Assembly (NCBI GenBank): GCA_965208835.1
Contig: OZ242358.1
Location: 3,736,433-3,800,432, forward strand
Direction of reading: 5' to 3'
Length of the DNA: 64,000 nt
Source: Candidatus Latescibacterota bacterium
GTDB taxonomy: Bacteria; Latescibacterota; UBA2968; GCA-2709665
Shown here: piece by piece, positions 27,874 through 36,754 of the stretch
Layout: every line of letters starts with the position of its first letter
Numbering within the stretch: position 1 is the stretch's first letter
Translations under genes and position numbers: made by a program
Notes under the pieces: model-generated
What the model was told of the DNA's origin: nothing
What the model saw: only the letters and a program-made list of their open reading frames with translations
The model's database searches: none

Positions 27874-28906
27874 ATTTATTCTCCATTGAATCTGCGTTTT
27901 CCACGCCGCCGAGCCTGCGGGCGAGCAGAAGACGTATCAGCCCCGGTCCACCTGCAACCAGATATGTGATGAAGGCAAGACCATGCATCACCGTCGCGAA
28001 CGCCAGGGCGTCCGCCAGTGGTACGTCGCATACCGAGTTGAGGGTCTGGCTGCAGAAATAGTGGTAAGTCCCCGTTCCTCCCGGGGTGGGTATGATAACG
28101 CCGATAGTCGAGATGACCAGGACCACGACAGCGTCGAAAAAACCGAGGTCGAAACGAGACGGAAAACCGAAGGCGAAGAACGTGACATAAGTGGTGAGTA
28201 TATAAACCAGGTTGAGAAGAATGCTTGATACGAGGATTCCGATATAGCCCGAGGTTGCGCGAACGCCGCCCAATCCCTGAAACACGGAACGGAGAATTCC
28301 GGTCAGCCGGTCCGCGGCCGATCGGGAGACCCATCGTACCGGCAGAGGCACAATATTCAGTGCGCGATCGCCGTAGATCGACAGAAGCGCAAAAAGCACA
28401 AGGATGCTCACCGTGGCAGCCAGTGCGAACAGAGCGACCCCTTCCATCCATGGGAACGCCGTGACGATTCTCCCTCTCGAAAAATATAGGACCCCGCCTA
28501 GAAAGATGAGAAGCGCCAGCATGTCGATCGCCCGTTCTACGAGAATGGTGGCGAGAATACTGCTCAGCGGCAGGCGCCGGTCGCGTTGAAGCGCAACCCC
28601 GCGCGCGATCTCGCCGGCACGGGAAATGACGTTGGTTGCCGCGTAGCCCACGAGTATGGCATGGCTGGCTTTAAGGAAAGATATCTGACGGCTGACGGGT
28701 TTCAGGAGGATCTGCCAACGCCATGCACGGGGGAAGATCGAGAGGAAGAGCAGAAAGACACTCAGGGCAAGCCAGGAAGCGCTGGCTTGTCTGACGGCAG
28801 ACCACAGCCTGGCAGGTGCGACGCCCTGAAAAGCCAACCACAGAAACCCTGTGGCGAGCGCCGCCCCGATGGAAAACTTGAGCAATGTCTTTATGGTTTG
28901 AGGCAC
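27872..28906 (-). CDS. UPF0104 / lysylphosphatidylglycerol-synthase-TM-region (flippase-like) membrane protein
   Basis: 344 aa with a GTG start 15 nt after era. N-terminus LKFSIGAALATGFLWLAFQGV...PRAWRWQILLKP is typical of the TIGR00374 family. Confidence 0.65.
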   Translation of the reverse strand: MPQTIKTLLKFSIGAALATGFLWLAFQGVAPARLWSAVRQASASWLALSVFLLFLSIFPRAWRWQILLKPVSRQISFLKASHAILVGYAATNVISRAGEIARGVALQRDRRLPLSSILATILVERAIDMLALLIFLGGVLYFSRGRIVTAFPWMEGVALFALAATVSILVLFALLSIYGDRALNIVPLPVRWVSRSAADRLTGILRSVFQGLGGVRATSGYIGILVSSILLNLVYILTTYVTFFAFGFPSRFDLGFFDAVVVLVISTIGVIIPTPGGTGTYHYFCSQTLNSVCDVPLADALAFATVMHGLAFITYLVAGGPGLIRLLLARRLGGVENADSMENK

Positions 28907-28921
28907 CGTTGGTATCCACGT

Positions 28922-29812
28922 TCAGTAGCCAAATCCGCGCAGGGCCTGTTCCTTTTTCCGCCAATTCTGGACAACCTTCACCCGCAGGTCCAGATAGATC
29001 GGGGCATCCAGGAAGGCTTCAATCTTGCCTCGCGCATTCTTGCCAATGGATTTCAGTGTATTTCCGTTTCCACCGATGACGATGCCCTTCTGGGACTTCC
29101 GTTCGACGACAATACTGGCCCGTATGTAGGTTCTGTGGCCGCCTTCCCGGTACGTCTCCACTTTGACCGTCGTTGCATAGGGCAGTTCCTGACGCAGTTG
29201 CAGGAAAATCTCCTCCCTGATGAGTTCGGTGACAAAAAACCGCTCCGGGTGCTCGGTGAGCATGTCTTCCGGGAAGAATAGAGGTCCTGAAGGCAGCGCC
29301 TGCTCAAGACTGGACAGAAGCAGATCGACATTGTCACCGGATTGGGCTGAGACCGGCAGAACATCCTGTACCTGGGCCTCTTTCCTCACGGTATCTGCGC
29401 ACTGCATTGCCCGGGCCGGGGAAACCAGGTCGGATTTATTGACCGCGACGATGCGCGGGCTCCGGACCCTGCGGAGGACTTCACGCATTTCCTGGTCGAA
29501 CGTGGCATCGAAGGCCGAGGCGTCAATCACACCAAGAAACACATCCGCGTCACTCACGGAACGCCTTATCTGATCGCACATTCGCTCGTGCAGACGGCAA
29601 CGGGGTTGAAACAAACCCGGGGTATCCAGAAAAATCATCTGAGAGGTCCGCGAGGTGAGAATGCCCGATACCCGGTGCCGCGTGGTCTGAGGTTTTGCGG
29701 TTACAATGGACAGGCGTTCGCCGACGAGCAGGTTAAACAGCGTGGACTTGCCCACGTTGGCCTTGCCGGCGATGGCGATATATCCGGATTTGAAATCGTC
29801 CGCGTTTTGCAT
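28922..29812 (-). CDS. era: GTPase Era
   Basis: 296 aa. G1 AGKANVGKST, G2 PQTTR, G3 DTPG, G4 NKSD, and a C-terminal KH domain (KGIVIGGNGNTLKSIG). Confidence 0.9.
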   Translation of the reverse strand: MQNADDFKSGYIAIAGKANVGKSTLFNLLVGERLSIVTAKPQTTRHRVSGILTSRTSQMIFLDTPGLFQPRCRLHERMCDQIRRSVSDADVFLGVIDASAFDATFDQEMREVLRRVRSPRIVAVNKSDLVSPARAMQCADTVRKEAQVQDVLPVSAQSGDNVDLLLSSLEQALPSGPLFFPEDMLTEHPERFFVTELIREEIFLQLRQELPYATTVKVETYREGGHRTYIRASIVVERKSQKGIVIGGNGNTLKSIGKNARGKIEAFLDAPIYLDLRVKVVQNWRKKEQALRGFGY

Positions 29813-29827
29813 AAAAGAGTTCAGAAT

Positions 29828-30775
29828 TCAGAAATACAAGGAACCCGAGATGCGGTAGGTGTTGTCCAATTCACCATGTTCCAGAAAGGCGAGGTCGAAA
29901 GCAACGCGTCTCCCCAGCCTGACGCCCGCACCTGCGGTAAAGTGATTTCCCCTTGCACCCAGACGCAAGGCCAGCTTGTTCCGGTACAGGTATTCAATGC
30001 CGACTCTCGCACCCTGAAAATTGTCCGCGGCGGACTTTTCCTCTCCGACGCTGATACTCCCGCTGCAGGTGATCACTCCGTCAGCCGACTCAACAGGCCG
30101 CGCGAGCGCGAGCCCGAACACAAGGACCGGCGGGACCCGGTCCGACGAGCCGGAGTCGAAAGTGATCTTCAGGGGAATGAGATTACGAACCATCAGTCCG
30201 GCGGTGAGGCCGTGACGGGGGATATAGAGCATGCCGAAATCGATACCGAATCCCGATCCTTTTCCGGCGTCGAGGTTGCGGGATACGAGCTTCACTCCGG
30301 CGCCCGCGGACAGATTCGACCTCAGGCGCCGGCCAAAGGCAAGATGCAGGTGGTACTCAGTTGTACCCGCGACACGGGAGACGACGGGACGATTGTCCGG
30401 GCCCGGCGCAAATGTTGGATTTTCAAGAGTGGTGATCTTGACGCCGTCCACGCCCAGGCGCGTAAGGCCGACGCCAAATCCGCCGAGAGGAGAAGGCCCG
30501 CACAGGGTAAAGACGTCATGGTTGACCGTCCCGCCGAACTGCTCGGCATGTTGTATCTGCAATTCTCGCCGCCGGAGCCGTTCAAGGCCTGCGGGGTTCC
30601 AATAAATGGCTGTCGCATCGTCACTTACGGCCACAAAAGCGCTGCCCATCCCCAGAGGTCTTGCGCCAGCGCCGAGCAGCAGCGGGTCTTCTGAATAACG
30701 GGTTTCGTCCTGCGCTGTAACCGGCACGGGTCGCGACAGGGCGAGCATCAGAATCGCTAGGAGAAACTGCTTCAC
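29828..30775 (-). CDS. PorV/PorQ-like outer-membrane beta-barrel protein (second copy)
   Basis: The ORF track extends to 31039 through repeat c. The in-frame GTG at 30775 gives VKQFLLAILMLALSRPVPVTAQ. Motif GARPLGMGSAFVAVSDDATAIYWNPAGL. Ends ...ISGSLYF. Confidence 0.65.
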   Translation of the reverse strand: MKQFLLAILMLALSRPVPVTAQDETRYSEDPLLLGAGARPLGMGSAFVAVSDDATAIYWNPAGLERLRRRELQIQHAEQFGGTVNHDVFTLCGPSPLGGFGVGLTRLGVDGVKITTLENPTFAPGPDNRPVVSRVAGTTEYHLHLAFGRRLRSNLSAGAGVKLVSRNLDAGKGSGFGIDFGMLYIPRHGLTAGLMVRNLIPLKITFDSGSSDRVPPVLVFGLALARPVESADGVITCSGSISVGEEKSAADNFQGARVGIEYLYRNKLALRLGARGNHFTAGAGVRLGRRVAFDLAFLEHGELDNTYRISGSLYF

Positions 30776-30790
30776 GGGACGGACTCTTAC

Positions 30791-30950
30791 CAGCCCGTTG
30801 AAAAAGCCCATCCGGGCTGCGGACGGCCCTTGCGGTCGAAATACTGCGTTGCGCGCCCTCGCCGAATCGCAGGATGGGACTCGGTTGCGCGTCTTGTCTT
30901 CGGCCGCGATAGCTCGGCCTCGCCTGCAGAGCGACTTTATCATCGGACTG
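30791..30950 (+). repeat. Family-1 repeat, copy c (160 bp, full length)
   Basis: Flanked by TTAC on both sides (30787-30790 and 30951-30954). The right-hand duplication contains the TAA stop of the upstream minus-strand gene. Confidence 0.85.
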
Positions 30951-31517
30951 TTACGGTATGAAATCAAAGGTTGGAACAAGAATCGCGGTGCTTCCCGGCC
31001 GGAGAGCGGAGTCCAGAGCCTTGATGTCGGACGAAACAAGGGCGATGCCGAAGGTCCTGTCAGGCAGAGGAAATTCGTACGGCTGGATGAGCAGGGAAGG
31101 TGAGAAATACAACCTGGAACGACCCCGGGGACCCTCTATCAGCCGGCCACTGAAATCAATCGGTAGCCGTCGGCCGCGAAGCCGGAGCCCGGAATTTCCG
31201 GGTTCGACACTGTGGGGGGCAAGCCGGGCGATCATTTGGAGTTGCGACGACGACGGGTTTGACGCTTCCGCAAGTCGATAATTCTGAATTGCGCATACCC
31301 TCAGGATATGCGCTCCGGCCTTCAGATAGACCTTGCGGGTTGGAAGGTCGATGACGAGGTAGTAGTCGTCGGGATTCTTGCTTACGAATCGAAGTTCGAG
31401 GTCCAGTGCCTGTTTTCTGTTAAGAAGCGTCTGTTCGAGCGAGTCCGGAGCGCTCGCGGCGCCGGCCGGGACAGACGGTATGGACAAGGAGATCAGGATG
31501 GCGAAAGGTAGAGTCAA
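30951..31517 (-). CDS. Hypothetical exported protein
   Basis: I trimmed the 292-aa ORF to the TTG at 31517, which overlaps the TGA of the L,D-transpeptidase gene (TTGA overlap). N-terminus LTLPFAILISLSIPSVPAGAASA is signal-like. No recognised domain. Confidence 0.4.
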   Translation of the reverse strand: MTLPFAILISLSIPSVPAGAASAPDSLEQTLLNRKQALDLELRFVSKNPDDYYLVIDLPTRKVYLKAGAHILRVCAIQNYRLAEASNPSSSQLQMIARLAPHSVEPGNSGLRLRGRRLPIDFSGRLIEGPRGRSRLYFSPSLLIQPYEFPLPDRTFGIALVSSDIKALDSALRPGSTAILVPTFDFIP

Positions 31518-32140
31518 TAGATGTACACACGGCTTCCGGTGTGTGCCCTGGCGAACGTGGACTTGAGGTCGGCGTCGTTCAGACGAATGCATCCGTGGGT
31601 GATATTTCGCCCGATCAGATTCGGGTAGAGATTGCCGTGAATCTCGTAGCCGTCGCCCAGATCCAGTGCGAACTTGCCCAGCGTGACCGGATCCAGGCGT
31701 CTGAAATCCCACGGTAGTACGGGAGCCTCCAGACCTGCCTCCACGAAAGCCCATTCCGGCTTCTGCCATATCGGGTTCACCACTTTTCGCCGGATTTCGA
31801 ATCGTCCTTTCGGCGTGTTGAACCGCCACAATTTCCGCTTGTCGCTCAACAGAATCTTTCCGCTTCCGGTTGCGCAGACCGCTTCCTCCAATAGACGGTT
31901 TCGGTGCCAGACCTGCAGGCGATTGTGTACCGTGTCGATAACTATATTCGGCCTTTCGTCCAACAACGCGTTGAGGGCGGCTTCCAGCCTCTCGATTTCC
32001 ACCTCAAGACGCTTAACTGCTGACGACGAAACGGGGGCGCCTGCCGGACCGGTGCGCGGGCTCGGGGCGTCCTTCGGACCCGTCTGGCAAGCGACGGTGA
32101 CCAACAAAGATAGAGAAAAAGAGAAAGAAAACCGGAGCAT
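31514..32140 (-). CDS. L,D-transpeptidase (YkuD domain), probable lipoprotein
   Basis: 208 aa. N-terminus FSLSLLVTVACQ. Catalytic context GRNITHGCIRLNDAD. Confidence 0.75.
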   Translation of the reverse strand: MLRFSFSFSLSLLVTVACQTGPKDAPSPRTGPAGAPVSSSAVKRLEVEIERLEAALNALLDERPNIVIDTVHNRLQVWHRNRLLEEAVCATGSGKILLSDKRKLWRFNTPKGRFEIRRKVVNPIWQKPEWAFVEAGLEAPVLPWDFRRLDPVTLGKFALDLGDGYEIHGNLYPNLIGRNITHGCIRLNDADLKSTFARAHTGSRVYIY

Positions 32141-32155
32141 GCAAAGCGTACCAAA

Positions 32156-32341
32156 GAAGCTGTCTTAAAATTCCCAGCGGTCTTCGCACGGCTGCAAAAG
32201 CGCCAGTCGGCGTTGGTCAAACCCACCCGTCCTACGAGATCGAGGCTGCGCTTGCTCGCCTCTCATAGGCGAGTCTTCCCGCCTTGACCGCCACTTTTTC
32301 GCTCGTGCTCGGGAACTCACCGGTAATTTTAAAACAGCTTC
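32156..32341 (+). repeat. Family-2 palindromic repeat, copy 2a (186 bp)
   Basis: Runs GAAGCTGTCTTAAAATTCCCAGCGG...CCGGTAATTTTAAAACAGCTTC. The left end is 15 nt from the minus-strand start at 32140. Confidence 0.8.
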
Positions 32342-32386
32342 TAAAACTGGAAAACCGAGAAGAGTGAAGGCTTCTCGGTTTTCCAG
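32341..32386 (-). terminator. Rho-independent terminator of the lipoprotein gene
   Basis: Perfect 16-bp stem CTGGAAAACCGAGAAG / CTTCTCGGTTTTCCAG (32347-32386) with an 8-nt loop, followed on the minus strand by TTTTAG. Confidence 0.75.
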
Positions 32387-32416
32387 ATTAACAGCTTGAT
32401 TGAACGCAGCGTTGGA

Positions 32417-33019
32417 CTATCGTAGATACCAGGCTTTGTTTTCCTCTTTCCAGTCTTCGATTTTCTGCATTGCGGTACCAACTGCGTCCTTTACCCCGCC
32501 CAACTTGCCTTCCGCGGTCTGAGCCTGGGCAAGGGCATCCATGAACATACCGTTTTCCAGGCTTCCCTTTGCGCTATTCAAGGACGCCTCGGCTTCCCCA
32601 AGGTCTGCATCGAGCTGGTCCAGATCTTCATCCGCCCCTTTTCCGCGGGGCGCCGCATTAAGCGCTTCACGGGCTTCCGCCAGACCTGGAGAGGTCGAAT
32701 CTATGATCGCCTGAGCGTCGTCGCGTGTTTTCGCCTTGTTGGTTTCCGCCTGTGTTACGGACTGGTTTGCGCGTTCCTCCGCTTCGATTGCGGCGGCTCT
32801 GGCCTCTTTATATTCGCCTTTTTCTGTTTTGTCCTTGGCATCCTGCAATGTATTCGTGGCTGAACGGAAAATCTCCTCGGCGTAGACATCGGCCTCGGCG
32901 GCCTTTGCTTTGCTGAGGGCGCCTTCCGCGGCTTTGATTTCTTCTTCGGGAGGTTGTTCGCAAGCCACAAAGGCCGCGGCAAAACAAACAGCAAGGCCGA
33001 TTCTCAGAACAGATCGCAT
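32417..33019 (-). CDS. Ala/Glu-rich coiled-coil lipoprotein (DUF4398-like)
   Basis: 200 aa with RBS AAGGAGGGG. Lipobox-like AAFVAC. Repeated A/E/K helical segments. The DUF4398 assignment is from memory only. Confidence 0.5.
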   Translation of the reverse strand: MRSVLRIGLAVCFAAAFVACEQPPEEEIKAAEGALSKAKAAEADVYAEEIFRSATNTLQDAKDKTEKGEYKEARAAAIEAEERANQSVTQAETNKAKTRDDAQAIIDSTSPGLAEAREALNAAPRGKGADEDLDQLDADLGEAEASLNSAKGSLENGMFMDALAQAQTAEGKLGGVKDAVGTAMQKIEDWKEENKAWYLR

Positions 33020-33301
33020 CTCCCCTCCTTGGTTGATAAGACCTCGAACGTTGCCAACAAGTCAAACAGAAATAACCATTTCCGAAACAACCCACAGTAA
33101 ATACATTTATACAGGAAGAAGATACATCCTAAGTTCAACAATGTCAAGCGATTTCTCCACAAATTTCGCCACTGCGCACCGGGAAGACTCGATCCGGGCG
33201 GCGCCTGGAATGCCGACAACAAAGGGTGTAATAGAGAGAGATGGAACCCCCGGTACCCACGATGAATCCAGTCCCGCCAGACCGCGTCCGTGCCCCTCTC
33301 G

Positions 33302-33428
33302 CAGCCCGTTGAAAAAGCCCTTGCGGTCGAAATACTGCGTTGCGCTCCCCCGCCGAATCGCTGGACGGGACTCGGTCGCGCGCCTTGTCTTCGGCCTCGC
33401 CTGCATAGCGACTTTATCAACGGACTGT
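33302..33428 (+). repeat. Family-1 repeat, copy d (127 bp deletion variant)
   Basis: Termini are conserved. It lacks CATCCGGGCTGCGGCCGGC on the left arm and ACAATGGCTCGG on the right arm. Confidence 0.8.
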
Positions 33429-33602
33429 TTGCGGTTGCGAGCCCCTGGGGCAGACGGTATATTGGGGGCGCTCGGGAATCTACCGGCAGGTCGGTGTCGT
33501 GTGGCAGCCCGGGCCCGGAACAGAATTGACTCCCCGATCGGGGCTGCGACGTCGAAGTCCTCAGTTCCCGCCAACATCAGGATCACGGAATCGTAATCTT
33601 AC

Positions 33603-33762
33603 CAGCCCGTTGAAAAAGTCCATCCGGGCTACGGCCGGCCCTTGCGGTCGAAATACTGCGTTGCGCTCCCTCGCCGAATCGCTGGATGGGACTCGGTTGC
33701 GCGCCTTGTCTTCGGCCACAATGGCTCGGCCTCGCCTGCAGAGCGACTTTTCCAAAGGACTG
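33603..33762 (+). repeat. Family-1 repeat, copy e (160 bp, full length)
   Basis: Flanked by TTAC on both sides (33599-33602 and 33763-33766). The right terminus is slightly diverged (TTTTCCAAAGGACTG). Confidence 0.85.
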
Positions 33763-33820
33763 TTACGGACAACAGCAACACATCGACAGAAGACACTGCA
33801 GGAACAACAGGAGGAATCCA

Positions 33821-34056
33821 TGGGATTCGAAAACCAACTGGGTGTTGCAGCGCTCTCGGTACTGGGAACATTGCTTCTCCGATGGATCGGGGTTCCCAAA
33901 CGTTGGACGCCGGTGACGCCTCTGGTTCTGTCGATGCTGATCGTTGGGTTTTTCGGAGAACTTGAGAAATTCAGCGACACACTGAGGATCGGTCTCGTCA
34001 GTGGGCTGTTCGCCAATGGATTCCTATTCCTTCTTCTTGGCACCCGGAATGGATGA
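33821..34056 (+). CDS. Small hypothetical membrane protein
   Basis: 78 aa. ATG at 33821 follows GGAGGA. Two or three hydrophobic segments. The 3' end overlaps the convergent TPR gene, and there is no homology evidence. Confidence 0.35.
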
Positions 34057-35193
34057 CCTTATTCGAAGACGATTGAGGTCATCCAGTAGTTGCTTGGCGT
34101 CGAATACGACGGAATTCTTCGAAGTGCGTTTTTCCTTACGCACGTAGGCTTCGAGCGCTTCCCGGGCTTCTTCGTGGCGACCGTCTCGATAGCAGGCCAG
34201 CCCCAGGTAAAAGTAAGCGTCTGTCTGAAGCGAATCGGCCTCGACCGCGTTCCGAAGATGCGCAATAGAATTTTCATAATTGCGAATGTTGAAGTACGAC
34301 ACCCCCAGTTTCAGATAGACTGAAGCATCATCCGCCCCGGCAGCCGTCGCCTTTCGATAGGTGTCGGCGGCCGTTTCATAATCCCCCCGATTAAACGCCA
34401 GGTTGCCTAGACTTACGTAGGCCTCACCGTATTGCGGGTCGATCTCCAATGCCATCAGATAGGCGGCCCGTGCCTTCCCGAGTTTCCCTTCCTGTGCGTA
34501 TGCCATTCCCAGATTTCTGTAGATGTAGCGGCGTTCCGCGGTGTCGGACTGAAACTGAAGCGCCTTTTCATAGATTTCAATGGCTTTGTCCGCCCGTCCC
34601 GTATATATATATGTAAGGCCCAGATTGAGATACGCGTCCGTAAATTTGTCGTTGAGTTTGACCGCACGTCTGTACTCCGCAACTGCCTGATCGGCGTATC
34701 CTTTATGGTAATAGGCCAGCCCCATCAGATTTCGCACGAAAGCCGACCCGGGTTTGAGTTCCAGCGCGGCTCTATATTGCGCCAGGGCCGAGTCATAATT
34801 CCCTTTGTGATAGTATGTTCTGCCCAGATCGACACGTGCATGAAAGATTCGGGGATTGGCTCTTGTCGACCGTTTCAGGTATTCAAGTCGTTCATCGGGC
34901 CGTGTCAGCAGGCGCCCGTACAGGTAAAGGCCCACGGCCGACCCGGGTCTGGCCTGCAGGCGTCTCAGGTATTCGGAAAGCACCTCCCGTCGACGGTCCG
35001 CCTTTATCATCAAATCCTGGTAATGCATATTCGCCTGGATGTCCTTGGGCCGCACATTGATCAGGCGCCGGAAATGAGCCAGTTCAGCATCATTGCCTCC
35101 GACCTCTGCGCCATGGGTCGGGCTTCCGAACCATCCGATGCCAATGAGAATAACGAAGATCAGAGTGTTAGACACATGCGCCTCGGTAGACAA
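34024..35193 (-). CDS. Secreted multi-TPR repeat protein
   Basis: 389 aa with a TTG start (a GTG six codons later is an alternative). Hydrophobic N-terminus. Eight or more canonical TPR units (AYYHKGYADQAVAEYRRAVKLNDKFTDAYLNLG...). Confidence 0.75.
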   Translation of the reverse strand: MSTEAHVSNTLIFVILIGIGWFGSPTHGAEVGGNDAELAHFRRLINVRPKDIQANMHYQDLMIKADRRREVLSEYLRRLQARPGSAVGLYLYGRLLTRPDERLEYLKRSTRANPRIFHARVDLGRTYYHKGNYDSALAQYRAALELKPGSAFVRNLMGLAYYHKGYADQAVAEYRRAVKLNDKFTDAYLNLGLTYIYTGRADKAIEIYEKALQFQSDTAERRYIYRNLGMAYAQEGKLGKARAAYLMALEIDPQYGEAYVSLGNLAFNRGDYETAADTYRKATAAGADDASVYLKLGVSYFNIRNYENSIAHLRNAVEADSLQTDAYFYLGLACYRDGRHEEAREALEAYVRKEKRTSKNSVVFDAKQLLDDLNRLRIRSSIPGAKKKE

Positions 35194-35218
35194 CAGTCAA
35201 ACGCAGGATATCGCCTGG

Positions 35219-35317
35219 CGGCCCGTTGAAAAAGCCCCTCCGGGCAACGGCCGGCCCCTGCGATCGAAATACTGCGCTGCACCCCCTCGTCTGAAGAGCG
35301 ATTCTTTCAACGGACTG
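35219..35317 (+). repeat. Family-1 repeat, copy f (99-bp internal-deletion subfamily)
   Basis: Left arm is joined directly to the right terminus (…GAAATACTGCGCTGCACCCCCTCGTCTGAAGAGCGATTCTTTCAACGGACTG). Confidence 0.75.
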
Positions 35318-35688
35318 TTGGACCTGATCCGCCGCATCCGGACTTCAACGACAATTCCGACCTGCGACCCGTTTGCAACGCCGGTGACAGGTGTGGACCC
35401 GGCGGCCACGAAAAGGGGGTGATAGCATCGTCTCTATCGCCCCTCTTTTCCTGCGATGGCTTGCGAGCCAAAATGCCATTCAGCAAGAAAGCAATTAACG
35501 AATGATGTCGAATCGCGTCAGCCGCGGCGGGGTAGACATTCAGATAAACCGGCGAATGCCCGCATTCCGGATGTCGAAGGGGTGTGAACTGACGGCACCA
35601 GTAGGGGAATCCTGCACTTTCGGACCGAACATCGCGGCTGCAGGAACCGCATTCTGGTTTTGGGCGGAACGGAATCGCCGACGTGCAC

Positions 35689-36543
35689 CTATCTGTCTTT
35701 TTTCAGAAGGATATTCAAAGGTCGTTTGGGCTTGTAGAGATAGATGACGTCGGCAGGGTCCAGCATGGTATTGAATATGGCGATTTCGTCAATTTTGCCG
35801 GAATAGGCGTAATTGTTGAACCGGATGGCCAATTCATCCATGTTCCAGGAAATGTTGCGTCGGATATTCTTCTTCCGACCGATTTCCTCGCCGTCGACGA
35901 AGAGTGCGTATTCGGCATCGGAGTTTCCACTGTTGATATTGGACCAGGTGACCACAACGTGGTGCCATTGGTCGGACTTCCAGTTGAGCCTGTCGTACCT
36001 GATCGTCCACTGCCTTACCAGTTCTTCCCCGACGTTTTGCGTCTTGTCGGGATAACAGCCGAAACGGAGTGCGCTCGGAGGACGATCCTTCCGGTTCTTG
36101 TCGAAGTCTACGAAAATGACCGCGTCGTCCCACTTCTTTCCGACGGAAAAGGGCTCGGGAAATTTCTCCTTGAAATCGTTGTTTGGATCTACGCTCAGCC
36201 AGAAAGAGACCCCGCCGGACCAGGAACTGCCGGCGTCGTAGGGAAAGTTGCCTTTAGCCTGATAACTCAGATAGGTTGCACCGTTCGCGAATGAAACGAA
36301 ACCGTCCTCTTTGCCACCGGTAAACTCATGCCTGGGAGGGCTGCTCGTTTCCATTGCAGCGACCGTGCCCTTTTTCTTCGTAAATGCCTCGAAACGGGAT
36401 CTGTCGTCAAAGTTGGCGAAAAAGAGTACGTTCGCGGCGAGCTTTTCCTCGATTTTCTTCTCGGGACCGCCGCAGAAAGAAAGACAAAGCGCGGCAGCCG
36501 GAATTGAGATCAGGCGGGGAGCGCACCGGGCCATAAGGCACAT
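35689..36543 (-). CDS. LamG / concanavalin-A-like lectin domain lipoprotein
   Basis: 284 aa. N-terminus AAALCLSFCGG. Motifs DQWHHVVVTWS...YALFVDGEEIG...YSGKIDEIAIFNTML are typical of the LamG fold. Confidence 0.6.
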   Translation of the reverse strand: MCLMARCAPRLISIPAAALCLSFCGGPEKKIEEKLAANVLFFANFDDRSRFEAFTKKKGTVAAMETSSPPRHEFTGGKEDGFVSFANGATYLSYQAKGNFPYDAGSSWSGGVSFWLSVDPNNDFKEKFPEPFSVGKKWDDAVIFVDFDKNRKDRPPSALRFGCYPDKTQNVGEELVRQWTIRYDRLNWKSDQWHHVVVTWSNINSGNSDAEYALFVDGEEIGRKKNIRRNISWNMDELAIRFNNYAYSGKIDEIAIFNTMLDPADVIYLYKPKRPLNILLKKDR

Positions 36544-36720
36544 CTCCTTTCGGGAGAGGGTAAGATCGATGAACCCGTACAGCTTGCCGTATCAGCGGAT
36601 CACCAATATAAAAAAAGCGTGTTCCGGCGCAAGGGTTTTTCTTGTTTGCGTAATTCGGATGCGATTGACGGGAGGCGCGAAAACCAGAAAAATCAGATGA
36701 TTAGAGCAACCGAAAATGCC

Positions 36721-36749
36721 TTGACAACAGTTTTCATATTTATTATATC
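36721..36749 (+). promoter_or_regulatory. Sigma70-like promoter candidate
   Basis: TTGACA (36721-36726), a 17-nt spacer, then TATATC. TATTAT and TTATAT are alternative -10 hexamers at 14 and 16 nt. The site is in an AT-rich patch divergent from the LamG gene. Confidence 0.4.
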
Positions 36750-36754
36750 CAAAT

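Noticed and set aside
30951-31829. Full 292-aa ORF taken as a real protein
   Set aside because: Its first ~100 codons overlap the L,D-transpeptidase gene in another frame and are Arg/Gly/Ser-rich. I trimmed it to the TTG at 31517, which is coupled to the upstream stop.
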